Source: a virus. Taken from it: 64,000 nucleotides of DNA. Position 1 is the first letter of the stretch; every line of letters begins with the position of its first letter. The stretch spans positions 1 through 64,000 of IMG/VR virus record IMGVR_UViG_3300035204_001594; one strand, 5' to 3'. The position numbers were made by a program, and so were the translations under genes. The notes beneath the pieces are model-generated. The model was given only the letters and a program-made list of their open reading frames with translations, did not search any database and was not told the origin of the DNA. Shown here in pieces: positions 48,367-58,142 of the stretch.

Positions 48367-51300
48367 TCACCTTTGTATTGGGGAGCTGTTTGCGCGTCTT
48401 TGACGTTCACCTATACTTTTTAAATAATCGAATACACTAGAGAACCCTCCTGCGGAAGCTGTGTCTCTTATGTTTCCGGATGCAAAATAATACTCAGCGT
48501 TACAGTTTTCCAGTATTTGTTGTATATCATCAGCGTGTAGGCAGTCTCCGAGTTCCGGAAAAGCAACCACTGCTACAAATATAGACGGTACATCCTCCCA
48601 CCCCCCGTCGTAACCTCCTTGACATGGGTCGTGCCAAGGAACAGCGGGTAGGCATTCCTCGTCCATAGGAGGGTAGTAAAACATAGTTTCCCCTCCGGAG
48701 GGGTTAGAGCCATGGGTATCTATAAAGTCACCTATAGTGAAGTCTGGGGCATCTGCAGGCCGCCCGCAGATATCGTGGCAGGCTGGGGAGGGAGGTATAG
48801 GTTCTCCGTTTTTTAGACACTTGGGGTATAGCTCTGAGCTCATCGCCTCTGATATATCACACTCCTCCCCCGTCTCTATATTATAATCCCACGCTTTTGG
48901 CATAGTGGAGGGTCCGCCAGAGGACTCCAGACCCAGCAAGATTCCTAATAAGGCGCTAATGCGGTCTGCTCGTTGGTTTATATAGGTTAAGTACACAGGT
49001 AGCTCCACCGCAGTCGAGTAATCGATGATGGTAGCCCTATTCTTCTCGTTTGCGTTAGGCACGACACCGGACGATTTATAGCCCCTTATTCGAGACATAA
49101 AATTATAATTTATAATTGCGTCGTAATAAGCGGTGGCTACCGCCATAGCCTGGTATTGGGTTAAGTTTAGGGCGGCTAGCGCGCCCCCTCCAAAATTACT
49201 TAAAACTAAATTGGCCTCATCTAAGAGTGTTTGTATGTGGTAACTCACACTCTCAACAATACAGGTTTTACTAAAGGGATTAAACGTTAACGCCGACTTT
49301 TGGCTGAAATCTGGGGTAGCTCCGTCTACAGGCATGGAAGAGGATTCTGGTGAATAATCTCCCCAATACCCTTGAAGGTTACATTCGTACTCCCCGCTAC
49401 CCCAAGCAGTACTTAAAAATACTTTAGCATTTTGGCTTAACTTTGCTAGCTCATCGCCAGCGATAGTAATACAGCACCCCCCTACAGGCGTTTCGCACTC
49501 CTCACATATCTCATCTGCGAACCCTGTATTTCCTGCGTTATCACCGTCCCCTGATCCGAACAACAAATCACCTTGTATGTTGGATGTGTTAAACCCGCAG
49601 CATTCGATTCCATGCAGTCTGTATGCTTCTTTGTTTAATATCTGCAAGTATCCCGAGTCGCTATACCAGTATGGGTCAAAAACACACGAATAGGTATAAG
49701 ACCATAGACAAGATGTAGATGCACCGCCTGTATCTTCGTCCGGACTCGTACAGTTACACCCGAACTCCTCTCCTATAACTCCTGAGTGGGTACAGCATCC
49801 GTAGTCTTCCTGCCCTCCTTCACACGCTGGACCCGCTGGACCGTCTTCCCAGGACTTTACACAGTCTACAGACTCTGTACGCCCAAAGGATGCCGCTACA
49901 GCTCCGTAGTGTTCGGAATCACACATATTGCAGGTAAAAGTACCTTCGTACAGATTGTTAGATCCATAACATCTACATTCGTCAGCACACTGCCTTTGTT
50001 CGCAGGTGTTATATCCATTTTCTCCGCATTTAAGGTAGTACGGGCCTACTTGGTTATCGCACATTTGAGCACCCTCTTCTATAGAGTATTCTCTAGCGTG
50101 TGCTTCACACTCATCATACCTACACCAACTATCGTCGCACCCTGGTATCTGCCCTCCGCCGTGGCCCGATACTATATTACACCTAATACCATCTTTGAAG
50201 CAATCTAACTTTCTTTGATTATTGCACTCCTCTGTCTGACAATCTGGTGTATCGTCGCCGCCGCCCGAGGCTTCTCTAGCACACTCGCAGTCGAAAAGTT
50301 GTTTACAGGTGCAGTGTGTGTGGATACCCGCATCCTCAGGGTATAGCATAAACCCGCAGGGGCTACATTGTCCCCCTATATCGCAGTCCTCCGGATCACA
50401 CGGAACTAAATACCGAGTCTCATGCTCTCCCGAGGCTCCGACAATTGCAGAAGGATCTCTGGTAAAGGCAGTTGTGTCATAGGAATAAGCTTCTGAGTAG
50501 GTAATAGATTTGTCCGCAGCAGCTAATCCCCCAAATTTATGGTCTACGCCTCTGGCTAAACGAAGGGCTTCATATCTTCCCTCCCTATAGTCTGTAGGGC
50601 AACACCCTACACAACAACAATTAGAGTTATCCCAGCAAGAGCAACAGCAGCAGCACCAGCCGGCGCCTTGAGCTTGGGCGCAGGTATAATCTACTCTTAT
50701 GGAACCATTGCCGGAGCTGCCCATCCCAGAGGCCGCATCCATACACTCGCAGATATTCATGTCCTCAAGGCATACAGAACAGCCGCAGTAGTCTGCGGAG
50801 GGATCATCAAAAGGAACACAGCAGGCTCCCCTTGCAGCCACCGCACTATCACAAGGAGAGCTGCTACAACTCTCGCAACTGTGCCAAGATACTCCAAAGC
50901 CGTGCCAATCTAAATCGTGGCACTCTGCGGATGTGAGGCCATCCTGGCACATTACTTCGCAAGTCTCTGTGCTTGTATGACAACATCGGCCTACGGAAGG
51001 GAATGTATATCCGCAGCTACACTCTCCTTGAACTACGTTACAAGTCCAGTTCGCTATAAATTCTCCGGAGCAGTCAGCAGGACTATCTACGTCTATACAC
51101 TCATAAGGGGATAGGCAGCAGGATCCTGGTTGACTCTCCTCAGGACACGATGTTTCGTACGCATAGGTTGAGCAGTCGGGGTAGGCCGCCTCGCACTCAC
51201 ACTCAGACTCCTGCCCCATCCATATTCCGTTGGCCTGATCACAGTGACATCTTTCTATATTCTCAAAACACTCCCAGGGGTCTCCCGGCTCGTTCTGCCC

Positions 51301-51645
51301 ACAGCAAGCCCCATACGCCTCGGGAGGGCCATCACCAGGCCACGGATCCTGCCCGCAGGGTATACAGCAGGCGTCGCTAAAATATATACTTAAATAATCA
51401 CAAGTCCATATATCACAAGTAGGGCATTGGCCATCTTGGGAGCTCGTAAAGCAGCACGCCTTAGGCTCATACTTATACCACATAATATCTATAGTACCGG
51501 CTAGGCCTTGCTCTCCGAATAAATCTCGATATTCTTCGGTATTAAGGTCCCCGGCCTCAGAGAAGGGGTAGACCGGAAATGTTTTTTGATACCAACCCTC
51601 CCACCGAAGTAGGGATGCCTGTTTGCGGTAGCCTGCGGTGGTCAT
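48367..51645 (-). CDS. extremely Cys-rich protein with G[ASRG]CC repeats
   Basis: GACC, GSCC, GRCC, GACC, YGCC, GGCC units and a CCCCC run in 1092 aa. Confidence 0.75.
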   Translation of the reverse strand: MTTAGYRKQASLLRWEGWYQKTFPVYPFSEAGDLNTEEYRDLFGEQGLAGTIDIMWYKYEPKACCFTSSQDGQCPTCDIWTCDYLSIYFSDACCIPCGQDPWPGDGPPEAYGACCGQNEPGDPWECFENIERCHCDQANGIWMGQESECECEAAYPDCSTYAYETSCPEESQPGSCCLSPYECIDVDSPADCSGEFIANWTCNVVQGECSCGYTFPSVGRCCHTSTETCEVMCQDGLTSAECHDLDWHGFGVSWHSCESCSSSPCDSAVAARGACCVPFDDPSADYCGCSVCLEDMNICECMDAASGMGSSGNGSIRVDYTCAQAQGAGWCCCCCSCWDNSNCCCVGCCPTDYREGRYEALRLARGVDHKFGGLAAADKSITYSEAYSYDTTAFTRDPSAIVGASGEHETRYLVPCDPEDCDIGGQCSPCGFMLYPEDAGIHTHCTCKQLFDCECAREASGGGDDTPDCQTEECNNQRKLDCFKDGIRCNIVSGHGGGQIPGCDDSWCRYDECEAHAREYSIEEGAQMCDNQVGPYYLKCGENGYNTCEQRQCADECRCYGSNNLYEGTFTCNMCDSEHYGAVAASFGRTESVDCVKSWEDGPAGPACEGGQEDYGCCTHSGVIGEEFGCNCTSPDEDTGGASTSCLWSYTYSCVFDPYWYSDSGYLQILNKEAYRLHGIECCGFNTSNIQGDLLFGSGDGDNAGNTGFADEICEECETPVGGCCITIAGDELAKLSQNAKVFLSTAWGSGEYECNLQGYWGDYSPESSSMPVDGATPDFSQKSALTFNPFSKTCIVESVSYHIQTLLDEANLVLSNFGGGALAALNLTQYQAMAVATAYYDAIINYNFMSRIRGYKSSGVVPNANEKNRATIIDYSTAVELPVYLTYINQRADRISALLGILLGLESSGGPSTMPKAWDYNIETGEECDISEAMSSELYPKCLKNGEPIPPSPACHDICGRPADAPDFTIGDFIDTHGSNPSGGETMFYYPPMDEECLPAVPWHDPCQGGYDGGWEDVPSIFVAVVAFPELGDCLHADDIQQILENCNAEYYFASGNIRDTASAGGFSSVFDYLKSIGERQRRANSSPIQR

Positions 51646-51648
51646 GGT

Positions 51649-52662
51649 TTACGTTAACGCCTTTGTAGATTGAATAACGGGTAGTACCCACTGGGAGGAA
51701 CTTTCTAGTAATTCTTTAAAATAGGGGTATGTTTCTAAGTGATCTTCTATAACCGGTTTTATTACGTCCGGTCGGCTTTTTGCATCCATAAGGTGGAGTA
51801 TTCCGGCATCGGTAAATCCTTTATGAAGATGGGTCATATTCGCATCTACATAGCCGCTTCCAGGGATAACCTGGTATGGAGAGTAGTTATTATCCAAAAG
51901 CATAGAGGCTAATAAAGCTCGTTCAATAACTTTATTAATTATACCCATATCCAAGCGAAGATATGTCAATTCCTTGAAGTATTTTTGATTCTCCTCATGC
52001 TCCACAAACTTACGGGCTAAGCTACAAAAACGTTTAATAAAGTCTAAATCTCTGCCCCCAAAAATCCCTAAATGGGCAACTATCTTTAAATGAGCCTGAT
52101 TCTTTAAAGGCTCAGGGATGTATGGAGCCCGTGTAAGCATAGTGTATGCGTAGGAGTAGTCTCCCCACCCGGGAGTATACCCACAGCCGGCGTCCCAGCG
52201 AGATTCCGGGGTTTCGAGGTAATCGCCTTCGAGGTTCTGTATAACCACACCTGACTGTATAGCCTGAGGCGGTAAAGGTTTAAACATCACCAAATCCATA
52301 TCTATATGTAGGAAGGGCTCTTGCATATACTCGTATGCAAGAATTTTAGGGTAATGGTAAAAATCGGTAAACTCGAAATCGTCAAGCTGATCCAACATAG
52401 TAGACACATGACCGTACTTAAAGCCAAGTCTTTCTACAAAAAGCTCTTTACCAAAAGAGTCCGTCACCAGGACCAGATTCTCTTCTCCGTATAGCTTAAG
52501 GGCTTGGGTATAGCTCCAGTGTGTATACGCAATGAGGGATTCTAAATCAGGCCATCCCGATTTGGTGACTTCTGCTGGAGCCGCAAATATACTGGATTCT
52601 TCGCTAAAATGCTCAAGCCTAGTTTTGAGGGTTTTGGTCCAAAATGAGTGTACTATCTTCAT
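51649..52662 (-). CDS. putative GT-A glycosyltransferase-like protein (DUF6734-like)
   Basis: MKIVHSFW start, LVTD, PKILAY, PFLHIDMD (DxD motif), LGIFGG. Confidence 0.65.
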   Translation of the reverse strand: MKIVHSFWTKTLKTRLEHFSEESSIFAAPAEVTKSGWPDLESLIAYTHWSYTQALKLYGEENLVLVTDSFGKELFVERLGFKYGHVSTMLDQLDDFEFTDFYHYPKILAYEYMQEPFLHIDMDLVMFKPLPPQAIQSGVVIQNLEGDYLETPESRWDAGCGYTPGWGDYSYAYTMLTRAPYIPEPLKNQAHLKIVAHLGIFGGRDLDFIKRFCSLARKFVEHEENQKYFKELTYLRLDMGIINKVIERALLASMLLDNNYSPYQVIPGSGYVDANMTHLHKGFTDAGILHLMDAKSRPDVIKPVIEDHLETYPYFKELLESSSQWVLPVIQSTKALT

Positions 52663-52690
52663 ATGCTAGTATCATACCTTCATCCGGTAG

Positions 52691-53866
52691 TTATGTACAG
52701 GTTAGGTCGTGGGCATTTTCCGTAGTAAACCAGGTTGCTAGTGCGTTAGGACTTCCTACTGTCCCGTTCCCTAAACAAGTCCCTACATATAGACCCAAAG
52801 TTCCTGTCCTGTCAGAGGGGGGCGCCCCTCTAGAGGCCATTACCCCGTATCCAGAACCGTTAAAGGCGGCATTAGTCATACCCATAACTGTGACAGCGGT
52901 TCCGGGGCATACCCGCTGAGGTTTAAAACTAGCGGGATATGAAGGGTTTACGGCTGAGCCCGCCACTCCGGGTTGATATCTACCATCAGTACACATACCC
53001 CACCCTCCGCCTCCCATATTATCCTCTGCCGCATTAAAGCAGTAAACATCCTGTACACGTCCAGAAAGCTCGTACCCTCCTACCCCAGGGGCTAAGTATA
53101 CGTCTAAAGTATACCAAGTTCCTATGTCGTCCTCGTCCCCGTCTGTAATAACCCCTATCCCTAAAGCTTGCGGAGACTCGAAACGGGTTCTGGCGCGATC
53201 GCAGCAGCACTGGTGAGACCCCCCTGAATTAGGGTCACACATACTACACGGAGTGTCTCCTGCTACCCATCTAACCCCTACTCCCTCCGCACATCCCACG
53301 CTACCATACTGAGCGCAGCATTCGGAGCCTGTAAAATCCCTACCTATACACTGACCTATAGTTCCGTCGTACACCGAGCAGCCCGTGGATGCCCAACCGC
53401 CGTACTCTGTACAGCAGCATCCTAGCGAAGGGGATGTATTTATGGTTCCGCCGCCACCGGGTACGATAATACCCATCACATCAGTAACGATTGGCTTAAT
53501 ATTTAGTTTGATGTCTAAAATTGGAAAACATTTCCCAGGAGAGGGATTGTCTACAAAGGTAGCTGTAATACCAGCAGGATCATCATCATCGGAAAGCGTT
53601 TGGGCTCTTGCCCGTAAAGGATAACATCCAGTGGTAACCGGTGGGGGTGTGGGCCACGGGTGGTCTATTACAGGGTTGTTAATAATAGGTGGTTTATTAA
53701 AACAATCAAAATCGTAAAGGTTTTCGTGTATAGTGTCTGGGTGTAAGAAACTGTTCGGGTTGTACGCACGATCAAAGTCATAGCACCTACCGCCCTGAGT
53801 TGTTAGGGTGTTGATAGGCGAATCGTTATCTGCCGCAGTGTTAATAAAAGGATTAGAGGTAGCCAT
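52691..53866 (-). CDS. Cys-rich hypothetical virion protein
   Basis: 391 aa with one GCCC-type unit inserted mid-protein. Confidence 0.55.
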   Translation of the reverse strand: MATSNPFINTAADNDSPINTLTTQGGRCYDFDRAYNPNSFLHPDTIHENLYDFDCFNKPPIINNPVIDHPWPTPPPVTTGCYPLRARAQTLSDDDDPAGITATFVDNPSPGKCFPILDIKLNIKPIVTDVMGIIVPGGGGTINTSPSLGCCCTEYGGWASTGCSVYDGTIGQCIGRDFTGSECCAQYGSVGCAEGVGVRWVAGDTPCSMCDPNSGGSHQCCCDRARTRFESPQALGIGVITDGDEDDIGTWYTLDVYLAPGVGGYELSGRVQDVYCFNAAEDNMGGGGWGMCTDGRYQPGVAGSAVNPSYPASFKPQRVCPGTAVTVMGMTNAAFNGSGYGVMASRGAPPSDRTGTLGLYVGTCLGNGTVGSPNALATWFTTENAHDLTCT

Positions 53867-53878
53867 TTGGGTGTACTA

Positions 53879-55018
53879 TTAGGGGGAACACGGTAGTGGA
53901 CACGGCAGGTCCCCGTTTTCGCCCCAATTTCCTATTCTAAATATTAATGAGTGAGTCCAAAAATTCTCTGTACTGATTAAGTTCTCTGCAGGAAAGCTTA
54001 ACCCCTCTGTGTAGTCGGGCGTGGGATCCTCTGCCGTAAAGGTAGGGTCTCCTTGAAATATTTGTAGAGGGGCTACGCCTGAAAACTGAATAGCTCCATT
54101 AGAAGACCTAACTCCATTTATAGAGTAAATAAAATCGCTGCAGGCCTCCTCACCTTCACTAGGGTCAGATTCATTGCAGGGATTGCCTTGACCGGCCCCT
54201 AAAGCAGGGATGATAGTAACTGTATCGGTTTGAGGATCTACGTCTATTCGACAATTAAAGCCCTCTTCTAGAGATACCTCTCCTTGAAATACTTCAGCAT
54301 TAAAGTCTTCATCTAATACTACGGACACATCTCTAGTCTCTACGGTAGCGCCTGTTGCGCTTATGGGGTCTAGATTTGCAATATGTAACTTTCGTACCAA
54401 CTGATTCCCTAGGAAAGTAACAACCCCGTCCTCTAAAATAGGGGCATCCTCTTTAAAAGCTAAGAGAGCGTTTCCGTGCTCATCGAGCCCATCACTGTAC
54501 ATCCACGTCTCTTGTATAGTGGGGGTAGGGGGATTCCTCAATACCTCAGTATCTAGTACTATGTATCCCGTAACATGAATATCCGATCCTGTGTATATAT
54601 CCGGATCCTGTTTATCAAAATCGGGAGAAGAATCGCTAACCCATAGGTAGGTATATTTACTATCTTCACTCCCCGTGCTGCCTGTTGTTAGCTGTACGGG
54701 GGGCACATTATACTGTTTTCGAGGGGTGTGCTCTCCACGTAAGGGATTATCATTGGCGTCCCTTAGACCAAATCCTACAGATACTTCTAAGGTTAGGGAG
54801 TACGAGTCGTCACCGTCTAGCTGATAGGAGAGACCGGCTATACTGACCAACGGTGGAGTTTCTAACTTATCTCTAACTCGATCGCAGAAAATATCAAACT
54901 GTGCGTCTACTATAGTGTCTGATAGAAACTTTAAAGGAACAGTTACACCTCCGCTGTCATCAAAGCGTCTGAAGGGGTAATTACGGAAGCTATTAGCGTT
55001 TCTGAATTCGACGGTCAT
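53879..55018 (-). CDS. virion protein, RNYPF paralogue family
   Basis: N-terminal NANSFRNYPF; EEGFN; GAGQG; IYSINGV. Confidence 0.6.
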   Translation of the reverse strand: MTVEFRNANSFRNYPFRRFDDSGGVTVPLKFLSDTIVDAQFDIFCDRVRDKLETPPLVSIAGLSYQLDGDDSYSLTLEVSVGFGLRDANDNPLRGEHTPRKQYNVPPVQLTTGSTGSEDSKYTYLWVSDSSPDFDKQDPDIYTGSDIHVTGYIVLDTEVLRNPPTPTIQETWMYSDGLDEHGNALLAFKEDAPILEDGVVTFLGNQLVRKLHIANLDPISATGATVETRDVSVVLDEDFNAEVFQGEVSLEEGFNCRIDVDPQTDTVTIIPALGAGQGNPCNESDPSEGEEACSDFIYSINGVRSSNGAIQFSGVAPLQIFQGDPTFTAEDPTPDYTEGLSFPAENLISTENFWTHSLIFRIGNWGENGDLPCPLPCSP

Positions 55019-55863
55019 TGTAGTCTCTTAGCCATTCCGGCAATCTCGAAGTAAAGTTGGCCCCCTTTTGAATATATACGTAAAGAAGGTTTGTCTCCAC
55101 TATACATATCCTCAGCGTCTCCCGTGTTATAATTAGAGGGCATAATAGTGAAATTGCCTTGATCGTCTGCCTCAACTACGGGACCCACCTCTACAGTTCC
55201 ATTATTTGATAGCACACACGGCACTATCGCTTTAAGTTCATCTTGTGTGTAAGCTGTCTGCTCTGGTTCGCAGTCGTGTCGGGCATAGTTAGGGTCCCCA
55301 ACGATATCTACCCTAATAGTGTTGTCTTCCGGATCCGGGCGCGATAAGGTAACCCCTTCTCCTCCTACTAGATAAGCCTCGCCCACTAAAGCGTCTCCTC
55401 CCTCCGCTGCCACAATCGACGATACAGAAGGGTAGGGAATAGGGTGTACGACCCCGGCTGTGAAAATAGCTCCTCCCGCATTTATTCTAGTCTCTCCGTT
55501 AGGTAGTGCCCCGAGAGCCACGTTATACGAGGGATCTACAATCATACTTCCTGAGTACCTGCCCCCAGACAGGGTATAGAACTTGATATGGGTGGCAGAA
55601 GATTTTATATCAAATCGTGCCGAAGCCACCTCTCCTTTATCTGAACTAAGCACCAGAGACACTAGGTTTTCCTCTTTTATCACCTTAGATAGGCGGTGGT
55701 AAGAATCTGAGCTGCTGGTAGAGGATCCGGGAATAATAATAGCGTCCAATACCCACTCCTTAGGAACACTAACAGAGCCTATACGCATACTGGAAGCGTC
55801 CGTAAAAGGGTAGTTCCGTCTTCTATTAAGGTCTGCCCACTGAAACTCGTTTATACTGGCCAT
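55015..55863 (-). CDS. virion protein, RNYPF paralogue family
   Basis: N-terminal LNRRRNYPF; ADDQGNFTI. Confidence 0.6.
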   Translation of the reverse strand: MASINEFQWADLNRRRNYPFTDASSMRIGSVSVPKEWVLDAIIIPGSSTSSSDSYHRLSKVIKEENLVSLVLSSDKGEVASARFDIKSSATHIKFYTLSGGRYSGSMIVDPSYNVALGALPNGETRINAGGAIFTAGVVHPIPYPSVSSIVAAEGGDALVGEAYLVGGEGVTLSRPDPEDNTIRVDIVGDPNYARHDCEPEQTAYTQDELKAIVPCVLSNNGTVEVGPVVEADDQGNFTIMPSNYNTGDAEDMYSGDKPSLRIYSKGGQLYFEIAGMAKRLQ

Positions 55864-55865
55864 GA

Positions 55866-58142
55866 TTAGCAGCCTCCTAAAGATTCAAGATCAGAGTAAA
55901 TAGTACCGGTATATGTATCGCCTTCGTAAGTAAAACTCACTGTACCTGAATCTAGTCGAGGTGCGGGTTTAGGATTTTCTGAGGAGTTGTCCTCAGCAAC
56001 AGAAGTTATTTCGAAGTGGTCTGACACTAATTCAGCCTTAATACCTCGTGTAGAGTCCGTGTAATACAAGGTAAACGGGTACATGTTAGTACCTATATTT
56101 AAGGGATCTGCGTAGGGGGTTACCTCTAATCTGTAATTAGCGGGACCTGTATATACCCCATACTCTTTCTCACAATAATACCCTGCGGGATCTGCTATAG
56201 TAGAGCTTCCTCCTCCGGCATATACAAGGTCTACAACTGGGGTGTGGAGCGCAGATGCTACACTTCCGAATACAGATTTATTGGCGACCGTTAGGTCAAT
56301 TACATAGTTTGTCTCGTCTACGTATACTATATCGCCGCTGCGGCATGCATCGGTCCTCATCCCACCCTTTATACCTAATTTAACATTATTCTCTATAACT
56401 CTCAGAGCTCCTGTCTGGGCGCTGACGTAAATAACCAAATTTGACTCTAAGTCTGCGGGGCTCTGAGCATATATATACTCTCCTTTTAAACTACCCGCAA
56501 AGGTTAAAAATGTACGGGAGACCCCATCAAGATCTCGGTTATACTCATGGGCAACCATTGTATCTGTACCCAAACAGATATGTACATGCTTAGAGGATCT
56601 GTCAATTTCTTCATATAGCGACCTAACTGTTTGGGCGGTACCTACCCCATCTGTGCAATCTTCTTCACAATCATCATCGTAGTCGGACCCCTCATTACAG
56701 CAACTCTCGGTTCCTATATTACCACTGTCATCTACCTCGGGGAAGGGGGAAGGACATACCTTACTTATAGAAATATCCTCCGACGCTACCAATATACCTA
56801 CATCTTGATCTGTGGTTGCCGATATATCTATCCCTACATATGTATCTATACTGTCTGCTATTTTGTCTGCTATGGCTTGAGCAGAGGTTAATCCGCTTAG
56901 ACCTATCGTGGTGCCGGTATCTGTAGAAGAGGTGTCATAAGTAAATGTGGTCTCTACGTCTCCGCTGTCGGTTATAGTAAATGATGTACCATTTAGATTA
57001 GCTGAGTCTACGGTTGACTTTACCACAAAACTAGCTGTAGCGTATAGTTTCAAGGCCCCTCCTACAAAGCTACTATCGTACTCTATATCCGTTACAGATT
57101 CGTAGGTATTGGTAATAGCTGTATTTCCGACTAAGCCCGTGGTATTCTGGGTTAAATTAATAACACTATTGCCCACTGTGTCTGCAAGATGACCCCATGC
57201 GAATACGTATGGATTAAGCTCTTCGGGAAATATTAAGAATAGTGCGTTATCGTACACGCTTTCGGTAGGGGGGACCGGCTTAACTCCATTAATGGATAGT
57301 ATGGGCTCACCTCTATAACAGGATGCGGCGTCAGGTCTGCCCCCGCAAGGACCTATGTATTTTTCTAAGTTAGCTTTAAGCAAATCTCCAGAGAATCCTA
57401 CAGATAAAGTATCTCTACTTATCGTCTCCTCTACTCCGTCACCTTTTACCAGTAAGTTAGTTCCACTGTTCTGGGTAATGGCGATTCCGTTTTCTCCGTC
57501 TATAGTTACCGCCCCCTGTACAGCACTCTGCTCCCCTGCCTTTTTTATGGTTTTAACCCGTGAAAAATTAAGGAAGTGTATGCTTCGTCTCGATACTGAA
57601 GACTGAGAAACACTACTAAATGTCCAGGTACCTCCGATGTGTTGTCTAAGTTCTTTGCCAAACACTACCCAACCCCCTACCCCGTCTGTAAGAGGCTCTA
57701 CCCGTATCGGTAGCCCTTTTACCGCATCCTTTAAAGATGCGGTTACTACAGCTAAGGGAATTATTGGGGAGGACGTACCAGTCCCGGCAAAAGTGGGAGA
57801 TGTATTACTTAGAAAGTCTTCGTCTTGGTCTGAGTTAAAGTAAGGGCTATTGTTTGGGTCCTCGTATTCATTGTTGCCGTAAGTCTCTTGGGCAAGAGCC
57901 GTGGGTTTAAACTGGACCTCATCTGTAACCACAAGGGTCAGATTAATTAACTCGTCGCTAACAACCACAGAAGCTACAAAAACAGACTGACCTAAAGAAG
58001 GGTCTAGGGTAAGGCGGGCATCTGCCAAAATAGAATTAGGTAGTGTGGTGCCCTGGTCTGATAAACCGGTTGCAGACTCGTCTAAAGGAAAGCTTCGCTC
58101 TTCTGCCAAGTCTAAAAATTCTCTATTAATTAATTCTGGCAT
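55866..58142 (-). CDS. virion protein, RNYPF paralogue family, with inserted repeat-module halves
   Basis: N-terminal AEERSFPL; ILSINGVKP; inserted NLTQNTTGLVGNTAI..FVGG and ATASF..FTITDS segments. Confidence 0.6.
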   Translation of the reverse strand: MPELINREFLDLAEERSFPLDESATGLSDQGTTLPNSILADARLTLDPSLGQSVFVASVVVSDELINLTLVVTDEVQFKPTALAQETYGNNEYEDPNNSPYFNSDQDEDFLSNTSPTFAGTGTSSPIIPLAVVTASLKDAVKGLPIRVEPLTDGVGGWVVFGKELRQHIGGTWTFSSVSQSSVSRRSIHFLNFSRVKTIKKAGEQSAVQGAVTIDGENGIAITQNSGTNLLVKGDGVEETISRDTLSVGFSGDLLKANLEKYIGPCGGRPDAASCYRGEPILSINGVKPVPPTESVYDNALFLIFPEELNPYVFAWGHLADTVGNSVINLTQNTTGLVGNTAITNTYESVTDIEYDSSFVGGALKLYATASFVVKSTVDSANLNGTSFTITDSGDVETTFTYDTSSTDTGTTIGLSGLTSAQAIADKIADSIDTYVGIDISATTDQDVGILVASEDISISKVCPSPFPEVDDSGNIGTESCCNEGSDYDDDCEEDCTDGVGTAQTVRSLYEEIDRSSKHVHICLGTDTMVAHEYNRDLDGVSRTFLTFAGSLKGEYIYAQSPADLESNLVIYVSAQTGALRVIENNVKLGIKGGMRTDACRSGDIVYVDETNYVIDLTVANKSVFGSVASALHTPVVDLVYAGGGSSTIADPAGYYCEKEYGVYTGPANYRLEVTPYADPLNIGTNMYPFTLYYTDSTRGIKAELVSDHFEITSVAEDNSSENPKPAPRLDSGTVSFTYEGDTYTGTIYSDLESLGGC

